Positions 31,074 through 40,019 of a DNA stretch of 64,000 nucleotides are shown here, one piece after another. The DNA lies in assembly GCA_032161105.1 (NCBI GenBank), contig JAVHTD010000004.1, one strand, 5' to 3'. The notes under the pieces were generated by a model. It saw only the letters and a list, made by a program, of their open reading frames with translations, made no database searches and was not told the origin of the DNA. Source of the stretch: Candidatus Thermosaccharophagus tengchongensis. GTDB taxonomy: Bacteria > Armatimonadota > Fervidibacteria > Fervidibacterales > Thermosaccharophagaceae. Within the stretch, counting starts at the first letter, position 1. The number at the start of each line of letters is the position of its first letter. The position numbers were made by a program, and so were the translations under genes.

Positions 31074-31907
31074 TCAAGCCAATCCGAGTTCGTCAATCAT
31101 CCGCCTCATCACCGCCACATAGTGCGGCAATACCTCGCCGATCGGCTCAAGCTCCTTGTGCCATGCCTTCTCCCATTCAAGGGTCAGAAAGCCGTCATAG
31201 CCAACCGAGCTGAGCGCCTTTAGCGCTTCACGAATTGGCACATCGCCTTCGCCCACCTTCACATAGCGCACTTTGCCATCAACGATGCGAGAGTCTTTGA
31301 CATGCGTTGACGCAATCCGCTTACCTACGAGCTCAACTGACTGCTGCATTGTCTCACCGTTGCGATATGAGTGATGAAAATCCCACAGCACGCCGACATG
31401 TTCCGACTTGACCCTTGATAGGACCTTTGCTATGTCGGCGCACCTTGTGAACGCATCGTGCGTTTCAATCGCCACGATAACTTTATACTTGGATGCGAAC
31501 TCGCCAAGCTGCATCAATCTATCAGCCACGCGAGCTATGTGGTCTTCCATTGAGACACCCTTTGGCGGATTGCCACCGAATACCCTGACGACGCTCGCAC
31601 CGAGCTCATGCGCGAGCACGATGAACTCCTGCGCCTCTTGCATTTGCCTTGCAGCTTCCATATCCTCAATGGCGCCCATCCTCGCCGATGAGGATACGCA
31701 GCTTATGCAAAGCCCAGCATCGGTTATCTGGCGTTTGGTGCGCTCAATATTGCCCTCAGAGAACTCAGGCAGCTTGGGCAGGTATAACTCACCCTTGAGC
31801 ATCCTCAATTCAATGCCATCAACATTCGTCTCTTGAGCGATGCGTATGACTTGCTCAAGCGACCACTCGGGGCAGCCGAGCGTGCTGAAGCCGAGTTTGA
31901 ACCGCAT
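31074..31907 (-). CDS. Sugar phosphate isomerase/epimerase (AP endonuclease 2 TIM barrel)
   Basis: FSTLGCPEW, IETHD, WDFHH, THVKD, LEWE. Confidence 0.88.
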   Translation of the reverse strand: MRFKLGFSTLGCPEWSLEQVIRIAQETNVDGIELRMLKGELYLPKLPEFSEGNIERTKRQITDAGLCISCVSSSARMGAIEDMEAARQMQEAQEFIVLAHELGASVVRVFGGNPPKGVSMEDHIARVADRLMQLGEFASKYKVIVAIETHDAFTRCADIAKVLSRVKSEHVGVLWDFHHSYRNGETMQQSVELVGKRIASTHVKDSRIVDGKVRYVKVGEGDVPIREALKALSSVGYDGFLTLEWEKAWHKELEPIGEVLPHYVAVMRRMIDELGLA

Positions 31908-32067
31908 CCCATCTCACCTCACACCCGAATTGTTTTCCCATGTGATGCCCAAAAGCCATGTGGCATTCTGTAGTATGATGTCAAGCCGCAGCTTTGCAAA
32001 TTCACTTTGCCAGCAAAGTGAGAGCCTGCCCGTTTTGCCTTTAACACATCCGGCAGTGGTGATCAGG

Positions 32068-33273
32068 ATGAAGGTCGCCTACTTTGATTGCATTGGTGGC
32101 ATAAGCGGTGACATGGCACTTGGCGCACTCATAAACGCCGGCGCTGACTTAGAGGGCATGATCCGTGAGCTCAAGAAAATGCCGCTGCCCGAGTTTGAAA
32201 TCAAAGCCGAGTTGGTAAGTGTGAACGGCATATCTGCAACGATGGTGACAGTCAATGTTTCAGAGCATGGCGGTGTGCATCACAGGAAGCCGAGCGAAAT
32301 AATTGAGCTCATCGCATCCTCAAAGCTGCCAGACGATGTCAAACGCAGAGCCATAACGGCGTTCAAAAATCTGGCGGGCGCCGAGGCGAAAGTTCACGGC
32401 GTCAACCTTGACGATGTCCACTTGCACGAAGTTGGAGCAACGGATGCGATCGTGGACATCGTTGGGACGATGCTCGCAATGCACCAACTCGGAATTGAGA
32501 GGGCATACTCATCACGCATTCCGTATAGCACCGGCTTGGTCAAATCATCTCACGGGACATTGCCAGTGCCAGCACCAGCAACACTTGAATTGCTAAAGGG
32601 TGTTCCGTGGCGGCATGTGGACATTGATGCCGAGTTGATAACTCCAACTGGGGCAGCCATCCTGAGTGCCACATGCGAATCATTCGGCATCTTCCCGACG
32701 ATGTCTCCGACTGCGATTGGCTATGGCGCGGGACATAAGCCTTTGCCAATACCAAATTTGCTCCGCCTCGTTGTGGGGGAGCTTGTAGGATACATTGAAG
32801 CGCCAAATGATGCCATATGTGAACAGCTGTTAATGCTTGAGACAAACATTGATGACATGCCACCAGAATGGTTTGGGCATGTCATTGAGAGGCTGCTTGA
32901 GCTTGGTGCGCTTGATGCATACATCCTGCCGGCGCAGATGAAGAAGGGTCGTCCGGCAGCACAACTGAATGTGCTTTGCAAGCGCAACGATGCCAAAAGC
33001 CTCCTTGATTGCATCTTCACCGAGACGACGACGCTCGGGGTGAGAATTGTCCCTGTTGAGAGAGTTTGTCTTGCGAGGGAAATTGTCAGCGTGAGCACGC
33101 CATACGGTGATGTGAGGGTGAAGGTGGCGAAATGGTGCGGTAAGGTCGTCAACATCTCGCCGGAGTATGAGGACTGCAAAGCTATCTCAATAGCGCAGGG
33201 CGTGCCACTCAAGTTTGTAGCCGAGGCTGCAGTTGCTGAGGCACAAAAGCGCTACATGAGTAAGGACGGTTGA
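32068..33273 (+). CDS. larC: Nickel-pincer cofactor biosynthesis protein LarC
   Basis: YFDCIGGISGDM, HLHEVGATDAIVDI, PVPAPAT, ETNIDD, MKKGRP, PEYEDC; start ATG 32068. Confidence 0.93.
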   Translation: MKVAYFDCIGGISGDMALGALINAGADLEGMIRELKKMPLPEFEIKAELVSVNGISATMVTVNVSEHGGVHHRKPSEIIELIASSKLPDDVKRRAITAFKNLAGAEAKVHGVNLDDVHLHEVGATDAIVDIVGTMLAMHQLGIERAYSSRIPYSTGLVKSSHGTLPVPAPATLELLKGVPWRHVDIDAELITPTGAAILSATCESFGIFPTMSPTAIGYGAGHKPLPIPNLLRLVVGELVGYIEAPNDAICEQLLMLETNIDDMPPEWFGHVIERLLELGALDAYILPAQMKKGRPAAQLNVLCKRNDAKSLLDCIFTETTTLGVRIVPVERVCLAREIVSVSTPYGDVRVKVAKWCGKVVNISPEYEDCKAISIAQGVPLKFVAEAAVAEAQKRYMSKDG

Positions 33274-33695
33274 AGGGTGACGAGTAAGATCACCCTATCG
33301 CCGAGCGATATCAGCCCTGCCACACACCCTTGGAGTTCATCCGGGAGGTTCGGCGGCGGTGGCTGTATCATGTCCTCCGAGATGAGCAAATCTTCACCCT
33401 GCGAATCAATGCCGAAAATGAGCTCATTGCCATTCACCTCAACGACGACCATCCTTATCGGATTGCGCTCACGCGGCTTCAGTCCAAGACATTCGCCCAA
33501 ATCAATGACGGGCACTGCCCTGCCGCGCAAGTTTGCCACGCCGATGACGAAGTGAGGCGCACATGGCACAGGGAAAACTTCAAGTGGCATGTGCACTTCT
33601 TTGACGACGGATAAATCGGTGGCGAACTCATCCTCTCCCAGCTTGAAAATGAACAACCTCCTCAGCGGCGCTCCTTCGGGTTTATGGGCTGCCAT
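33252..33695 (-). CDS. cheW: Chemotaxis protein CheW
   Basis: IFKLGEDEFA, VPCAPHFVIGVANLRGRAVPVIDL. Confidence 0.88.
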   Translation of the reverse strand: MAAHKPEGAPLRRLFIFKLGEDEFATDLSVVKEVHMPLEVFPVPCAPHFVIGVANLRGRAVPVIDLGECLGLKPRERNPIRMVVVEVNGNELIFGIDSQGEDLLISEDMIQPPPPNLPDELQGCVAGLISLGDRVILLVTLQPSLLM

Positions 33696-34087
33696 TTCTC
33701 ATCACCACGCTTACCGTGCCCGTGATTGAGCAAGCTTTCGCCAATTGGTTCAGCTCCCATTTCGCATCGCCGCCAATTGTTGGATGATCCATCGGCATGG
33801 CAATCAAATTGCCCATCCATTTTGATGGGGTGGACTTCGCTGGCGGTGTGCTTATCGGAAAAAGGTTGGCTCGCCGGGCATGATAGCAAAATGCTATGAT
33901 GAGGATACCTCACACTTGTGAAGCCGTTAAGTCGCTCGCATGGGTGGGTTTAACTCATAGCGCTGCGACAAAATTTTGGGTGACTCAAGCGGCGCAAATG
34001 ACGCACAACTTGTGGCACCGCTCAAAAGCCGCACCAACTGGCGAACCGATGTTCACCCGCGAACCTGCGATTATGGAGGTGAGGCAA

Positions 34088-35047
34088 ATGGCGAGCGAGT
34101 ATGATATCCTGTTTGAGCCGCTCAAGGTGAAGCACTTGACACTTCGCAACCGAATTGTCTGTCCGCCAATGGCAACCAATAGGGGCATAACCACAGACGA
34201 CGGGATTGAATGGTATAGACGGATAGCGAATGGCGGCGCGGGATTGGTGATAGTTGAAGCAACTCAAACAGCGCGCATCGGCGAGGACATAAAGGTTGAT
34301 GGATTGAGAAGGTTGGTTGGAGCCGTAAAGTCGGAAGGAGCGGCAATCGCCATACAGCTCTTCATGTCGCCAGTTGATGGTCGCAACAACCCAAACGATT
34401 TAACGGCTGAGGACATAGCGCTGAGCGTTGATAGGTTTAGGCGTGCAGCAGCAATTTGCAAGGAGGCTGGCTTTGACGGCGTTGAGCCGCATGGTGCGCA
34501 CGGCTTTTTGCTCAACCAATTTTTCTCGCCGAAGTCAAACAGGCGCACGGATGAGTATGGCGGGAACCTTGAAAACAGGATGCGCATGGCGCTGGAAATC
34601 GTAAGGGCGATACGCTCGGAAGTCGGCAACGAAATGATCTTGCTATACCGGCATACGCCGAAGGAAGAGGGCGGCTACACGATTGATGACAGCCTATCAT
34701 TGTGCAAGCACCTAATAGAAGCCGGAGTTGATGTGCTTGACATTTCCCCAGCAAGTGAGAGCCGTCCCGGAGATCTGGCTGAGCCGTTTAAACGCTCATT
34801 CAATGTGCCGGTCATAGCTGTTGGAATGATGGGCATACATGAGCGCGCAGTTGAAGCGTTGCGCGAAGGTCGTGCCGACTTAATCGCAATTGGCAGAGGG
34901 CTAATCGCCGACCCGCAATGGGTGCGCAAGACAATGGAGGGACGAATTGAAGAAATCGTTGCGTGCCGATACTGTAACGAGGGATGCTTTGGGAACTTGC
35001 GCTCCGGTAAGCCCGTGGAATGCGTCCAACATAAAGCGGCAAACTGA
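34088..35047 (+). CDS. NADH:flavin oxidoreductase (OYE family) with C-terminal Cys cluster
   Basis: LRNRIVCPPM, GFDGVEPHGAHG, RTDEYGG, GRGLIADP, CRYCNEGC; GGAGGTGA RBS. Confidence 0.9.
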   Translation: MASEYDILFEPLKVKHLTLRNRIVCPPMATNRGITTDDGIEWYRRIANGGAGLVIVEATQTARIGEDIKVDGLRRLVGAVKSEGAAIAIQLFMSPVDGRNNPNDLTAEDIALSVDRFRRAAAICKEAGFDGVEPHGAHGFLLNQFFSPKSNRRTDEYGGNLENRMRMALEIVRAIRSEVGNEMILLYRHTPKEEGGYTIDDSLSLCKHLIEAGVDVLDISPASESRPGDLAEPFKRSFNVPVIAVGMMGIHERAVEALREGRADLIAIGRGLIADPQWVRKTMEGRIEEIVACRYCNEGCFGNLRSGKPVECVQHKAAN

Positions 35048-35101
35048 CGGTAAGGTTGGCAGCACCTCACATTCGGAATTGCTTTGGGGAGGTGAGGAGG
35101 G

Positions 35102-36169
35102 GTGACGGGTGTCCTTGACGACCCGTTATATCGCGAGCTGTTGGATGCAAGTGATATGCTTGGGCACATACGGAGCTTTGCAGGACAGATTGAGATGGCA
35201 TGGCAGCGAGTTCATGAGGTGCTTGAGCCGCCAAAGACCAACCCGAGCAACATAATCATCCTCGGCATGGGAGGGAGCGCAATCGGCGGTGACATAGCAA
35301 GGTCGCTCGCACAGGAGACAGCCAAGATACCGATCATCGTGCACCGTGATTATGGAGTGCCAGCTTGCGTTGATAGCTCATCGCTTGTCATAGCTGTATC
35401 GCACTCGGGGAACACCGAGGAGACAATCAGTGGCTTTGAGGAGGCGCATAAGAAAGGCGCGATGCTGTTTGTGATAGCGAGTGGCGGCAAGCTAATTGAG
35501 CTTGCGCAACAACTCGGAGTGCCGCATTTCAGGTATGAATGCAGTGCACCGCCAAGAGCCTCGCTCGGCTTCCTGCTCACACCGATTCTGGCGCTGATGA
35601 AATCCGTTGGGGTGTATCAGGTTGATGATGGCTTGATTAGCGAAGCCGTTTATAGGTTGCGCGAGCTCCAAACGGAATTGGATGCGGACACGCCCTCCGA
35701 ATCAAACAGGGCAAAGCAACTTGCGATGCGAATTCATGGACACATCGGTCTCATACTCGCCTCATCACCGTTGACTGCGGTGGCAAGGCGTTGGAAGACA
35801 CAGATGAACGAGAATGCAAATGCAGCGTGCTTCTTTGAGGAGCTGCCAGAGATGTGTCATAACACAGTTGTCGGCTTGGATCATCCAAGCCGTTTAAACG
35901 GCGCGGTTTTTGTGATCATGTTGCGCTCCTCATTCTCGCACGAAAGAAACAAACTGCGCGAGGACATCGTTGCACAGCTTCTAACGAACAGCGGGATACA
36001 ATGCGAGCAAGTGAGCGTCAACTCCGCCGATCACCCGCTCTGCGAAGCGCTCCAATTGATCATGCTCGGTGATTTCGTATCCTACTACCTCGCTTTGCTA
36101 AACCGTGTTGATCCAACTGCTATCGTCAACATTGATTACCTCAAGGCGCGCTTGCAAAAGCAGGGGTGA
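35102..36169 (+). CDS. Bifunctional phosphoglucose/phosphomannose isomerase
   Basis: GMGGSAIGG, SHSGNTEET, RWKTQMNEN, PEMCHN. Confidence 0.93.
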   Translation: MTGVLDDPLYRELLDASDMLGHIRSFAGQIEMAWQRVHEVLEPPKTNPSNIIILGMGGSAIGGDIARSLAQETAKIPIIVHRDYGVPACVDSSSLVIAVSHSGNTEETISGFEEAHKKGAMLFVIASGGKLIELAQQLGVPHFRYECSAPPRASLGFLLTPILALMKSVGVYQVDDGLISEAVYRLRELQTELDADTPSESNRAKQLAMRIHGHIGLILASSPLTAVARRWKTQMNENANAACFFEELPEMCHNTVVGLDHPSRLNGAVFVIMLRSSFSHERNKLREDIVAQLLTNSGIQCEQVSVNSADHPLCEALQLIMLGDFVSYYLALLNRVDPTAIVNIDYLKARLQKQG

Positions 36170-36176
36170 TGCGTGG

Positions 36177-36371
36177 ATGCCAAAAGTGATCAACATCCTT
36201 ACGGCATTGGTTGGCATCGGCATCGGCTTTGCACTCTACAAGCTCAGTGCCTGCAAAGGTGGCACATCGCCGTGAGCCATAACCGCTAACCCCATCGTGT
36301 CAATGGGGTTCTTTGGGCTCATGGGATGGTTTCTTGGAGAATGGCTCGCAACTTTGCTCGGCATGAAGTGA
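36177..36371 (+). CDS. DUF6132-like small two-TM protein; probable selenoprotein (in-frame TGA at 36273-36275)
   Basis: MPKVINILTALVGIGIGFALYKLSACKGGTSP(U)AITANPIVSMGFFGLMGWFLGEWLATLLGMK; GGGGTGA RBS; hairpin after the TGA. Confidence 0.75.
36273..36321 (+). promoter_or_regulatory. Bacterial SECIS-like stem-loop
   Basis: AACCCCAT(36288-95) pairs with ATGGGGTT(36303-10) around loop CGTGTCA; TGAGCC pairs with GGCTCA. Confidence 0.65.
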
Positions 36372-36388
36372 GCTTGATGGTTAAGGAG

Positions 36389-37357
36389 CTAAGGCGTGAT
36401 TGAACGAAGCGCTGCGTAAAGGAGCACTGGAAGGGCACAAACATCCACAGCGTTGTGCAACAGCAAGCTTTCGCGGAGAGCCTCGGTGGGGTTCTCAACA
36501 AATTGGCAATATAGTTCGGGGAGTAAGGACGACGGTGGTGCACTCACTGGATGGCGCATGGCAACGCACAGCGTTGAGAGGCGGCAATCACCGAGCTGTT
36601 CACCCCACAGCTTGCGGCTGATGTGTATAAGGTCAATGTGCGCTACTGGCTCAACCCACGCAAGCTTATAGCGCATGCAGCGAGAACGCAACATCGGCAC
36701 ATCAAATGCCTTCCCATTGAACGAGATAAGCGCACATCCATTCACGATGCTGAGGAACGCCTCAATGATGAGCGGTTCCTCGGAGTAGTCATGCGCAAGC
36801 CATTGATGCAAAACGAGCTTATGCAACCCCCTGAGCCATTCAAGCGCACCGATGAGGAAAATGGGCATGCTGCCGAAGCCGAGCGTCTCGCAATCAACAA
36901 ACAAAATTCGGTCACTGGCGCAAGCGGTGAGCAACTCTGAAAGCATGCCATGCCTATTGATGGAGCTCTGTTCCACCGCTGCGCTGATGATGGCATCGGC
37001 GCCTGCCAGCGCCTTTGAAGCACGCTCAAGGAGCGGCTGGCGAGCGCATCCGTTGAGTGCATCCTTAGCGATGAACGAAATTTCACCTGTGCGCTGCTGA
37101 AGCGCATTCGCTGTAACACCAAATGAAAACTCATCACGCCGATAATGCGGCACACCAGTTGGGCAACACCGCTCGGCTGTGCAATGAGCAGGTTTACCCC
37201 CACATTTGTCAGAGGGCATAGGCGAGCGTAAGGCATCATTACTTGCGGTCTTGAGAGCTTGCCGATTCGCCTCGCGAATGAGCCTGCCGACCCTCGGCAA
37301 AAGGCTATTGCCACTGCGAATTGACCACCCATTGCCCCCTCCGACACGCTTGCACAT
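36389..37357 (-). CDS. RNase H-like (RNase_H_2, YprB/MrfB-like) DEDD exonuclease domain protein
   Basis: LFVDCETLG, SFNGKAFDVP, HIDL, HNAVDV. Confidence 0.8.
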   Translation of the reverse strand: MCKRVGGGNGWSIRSGNSLLPRVGRLIREANRQALKTASNDALRSPMPSDKCGGKPAHCTAERCCPTGVPHYRRDEFSFGVTANALQQRTGEISFIAKDALNGCARQPLLERASKALAGADAIISAAVEQSSINRHGMLSELLTACASDRILFVDCETLGFGSMPIFLIGALEWLRGLHKLVLHQWLAHDYSEEPLIIEAFLSIVNGCALISFNGKAFDVPMLRSRCMRYKLAWVEPVAHIDLIHISRKLWGEQLGDCRLSTLCVAMRHPVSAPPSSLLPELYCQFVENPTEALRESLLLHNAVDVCALPVLLYAALRSITP

Positions 37358-37369
37358 GAGTTAGCGCCC

Positions 37370-38170
37370 TCACCTCCCCCCAACATCCCTCACGATTGCC
37401 TTCATGCCGATCTCGTCAAGTTCCTGAGCAAGCCTTTCAGCATCGCTGCGCTCATCAAACGCCCCAACGATGATGCGATAAGTCTCACCGGTTGGCGTCT
37501 TGGTCACTTCAACGAATGGCTGATAGCCTTTGCTTATGAGCTCTTGCACGAGCTTGTCCGCGTTCTCCTTCAACCTGAACAACCCAACTTGAACCTGATA
37601 TCGCCTTTTGACGCTGCCCGGTGGCGCACTGATGGTTCCAGACTCAGATGACGATTGCTCGCCAACCGTTTCACTTCCACCCGAACGAGGTTCGTAAGTT
37701 ACAGCGGGCTTTGTTCTCTCAGGCTGTGATACCTTTGTCGTGGGAGTGACCTTAATGTCCCCTTGCGGTGGTGATGGTGTCGGTTGGGGTTGTCCGGATT
37801 CTGATGGCTGTGTCTCCACCTTTTCCTCACGGGTAACCTCAGGCGCCGTCTCAGATGGCTCTGAGACATTCTGAGATCGCTCCTCACTTCCAGCCGGTGA
37901 ATAGATCGGCTCAATTGTGACCGTCGTCTCATTCGGTATGAGCGCCATGTCGCTCCTGACAAACGCTTGAGATGCATCCTCACGGCTGAGCCCAGTTGTG
38001 TCGGTTGTCATTGTGCCCGTTGCTGGGCTGATACGGGAACGCAAGTATGGACCGATGACACCTTTCCCAAGCTGATAGAAACCGATTGCCCCAACCACAA
38101 TAATGATGCCCGCCAAGAACTCAACAAGCGACCTCAAGCGCTGTCTCTTCGCTTTGCGCATCGTTATCAC
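37370..38170 (-). CDS. SPOR-domain membrane-anchored protein
   Basis: N-terminal TM, low-complexity linker, YQVQVGLF...NA...YRIIVGAF. Confidence 0.88.
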   Translation of the reverse strand: MITMRKAKRQRLRSLVEFLAGIIIVVGAIGFYQLGKGVIGPYLRSRISPATGTMTTDTTGLSREDASQAFVRSDMALIPNETTVTIEPIYSPAGSEERSQNVSEPSETAPEVTREEKVETQPSESGQPQPTPSPPQGDIKVTPTTKVSQPERTKPAVTYEPRSGGSETVGEQSSSESGTISAPPGSVKRRYQVQVGLFRLKENADKLVQELISKGYQPFVEVTKTPTGETYRIIVGAFDERSDAERLAQELDEIGMKAIVRDVGGR

Positions 38171-39927
38171 CTGCCCTGCTGCGATTCAATTTGCAAACTC
38201 TCCCTGTGGCTGGAAATCGCAGTGACATTCCCGCTCAAGCGCGCCTGCAAGCTCAACTGGTTTGCGAGCGTCTTGACGAGACGCTCATACTGCACATTCT
38301 GCATGCTGAGCGAGACCCTGATGTCAGCCAACTCTGCCGGGAGAATGATCACCGACCCAACCTGATTAGCCAAGTAACGGCATAAGTCAACCAAGCGCCA
38401 GTCCCTTGCATTCACACTGACAATTCGCCTTCCCACATCTTCAGTGAACTGACTCAGAGACTTGGCAACCGGATACAGGACAAGCCAACTGCCAATGGCT
38501 TTATTTGCGCTCTCAATGACGAGGCGCACTTCGTGTGTGCCCGGAACAAGCGGGTTAATTGGCACCGGCACTGGCTGCAACTTATTCTCAACGAGGTTGC
38601 CCTCCCAAAGCGGGATTGATAGTTGTGGCGACTTTGGAGGAGACGGCGATTGCGAATCAGCTGCTTGCCTTCTGAACAAGAGAGCTTCCACAGCTGAAGC
38701 GTCAATAAACTTTGGAGCGTATGCCAATACGCGCACATTCTCCAAGTTCTGCCTCGGGCGAAGCGACATAAGCCATAATCCACGCTGGTTAAGCACTGCC
38801 GGTGAGGCTTGCGAAACTTCAACCTCAACTGGCGGTTGGGTGGTGCTGCTCTCTTGTATCGCGTGCACGGCTGATGGCTGCCTGCGGTGAATGTCCTTCA
38901 GCTTCTCCTCGGCAGCGCGCTCAACATCCGGTGGCACTACTCCAGCAGCGGCAAACCCCTCGTTTAAAGATTTGGCTAATGGTTTGGGAACATCCAAACC
39001 GTGCTGACTCTCCTGCCCCTTCTGACCCTCCTGTCCCGCCAATTTGGTCGGCTCACCCTTAGCCTTCGGTGACTCACCGTGCCCCTCACCAACCACCTGT
39101 AGCGGTGCTGCTGGCAGAGTTAAACGGCTACTCACCCTTGAGCTTCTCGCCTCGGCTCTCTCACCAACTTCCTCTGCACTTTTCGGTGCCGCCTCCACAG
39201 CAATTGGTTCTGGCAATTCAACCTCACTCGTCACACCGCCTCTCAAAGCCAACGGGCGCTCCAAGCTCGGCGCTTCCCTCTCCTTTTCCACACTTTCGTG
39301 AAAAGACCTCGGAGTCAGAGGCACCGGCTCAATATTGAGAGCAGCACTCGGTTGACGGCGTTGAATTTGAGCACGCGCAATCTTAACTGCCCTTTGCTCC
39401 CGTGTAGTGCTCAGCGCTACCTGTGGCTTAGCCATACCGCCGCGTTCCTTCACCACTGCCGGCACACTGCTGCTCGGTGGTGCAGGAGTTAGCCTTTTTC
39501 GCTCACCGACCGACCTTGCTGTTGGAGCTGCCATTTCCACTGAGGCGATGCGCCTCTCAATGCCAGTGCGCGAGTAGATTGCAAATACCGCCATAGCAAG
39601 AATTGAAGCGGCTCCAAACACAAACGCCAATTGCGCGGGCAACCTCCTCCACGCAATGCTGCCTCCCGATGGCAACCCTCCAACTCGCTTTAGGACAGCT
39701 TCGCATGTGCGCTCATAAGCCCCTTGCGGTGGCGCAATGCTATCTGAGGAGATGGAGCGCAGCGCGGCTACAACAGCCGTATAACTTTCAAGCGCCCTGC
39801 GGCACTCATCGCACATGTTCAAATGCTCTTGGAATGCCGATAGGAGTTTTGGCTCTCGCTGCAAGCTCCCATCAGTGTATTCAACGAATAAGTTTCGGAT
39901 GCGCCTGCACTTTATCCTGCCAAGCAT
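38167..39927 (-). CDS. Anti-sigma factor: zf-HC2 domain, TM, long extracytoplasmic region
   Basis: HLNMCDEC (HxxxCxxC), a TM helix, located directly downstream of the ECF sigma. Confidence 0.8.
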   Translation of the reverse strand: MLGRIKCRRIRNLFVEYTDGSLQREPKLLSAFQEHLNMCDECRRALESYTAVVAALRSISSDSIAPPQGAYERTCEAVLKRVGGLPSGGSIAWRRLPAQLAFVFGAASILAMAVFAIYSRTGIERRIASVEMAAPTARSVGERKRLTPAPPSSSVPAVVKERGGMAKPQVALSTTREQRAVKIARAQIQRRQPSAALNIEPVPLTPRSFHESVEKEREAPSLERPLALRGGVTSEVELPEPIAVEAAPKSAEEVGERAEARSSRVSSRLTLPAAPLQVVGEGHGESPKAKGEPTKLAGQEGQKGQESQHGLDVPKPLAKSLNEGFAAAGVVPPDVERAAEEKLKDIHRRQPSAVHAIQESSTTQPPVEVEVSQASPAVLNQRGLWLMSLRPRQNLENVRVLAYAPKFIDASAVEALLFRRQAADSQSPSPPKSPQLSIPLWEGNLVENKLQPVPVPINPLVPGTHEVRLVIESANKAIGSWLVLYPVAKSLSQFTEDVGRRIVSVNARDWRLVDLCRYLANQVGSVIILPAELADIRVSLSMQNVQYERLVKTLANQLSLQARLSGNVTAISSHRESLQIESQQGR

Positions 39928-40019
39928 TTTCGGTCACCCTTTGCTTGCGTTAGGAAGCATTGCCATGTTTTAGACTCCATGCCAATTGCGGCTTGTTCCG
40001 CAGCGCCATCAGGCGGCTT

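Noticed and set aside
36742..37386. Alternative 214-aa ORF, and the many other antisense or overlapping track ORFs
   Set aside because: They are shadows of genes with recognisable motifs and have no domain signal or RBS.
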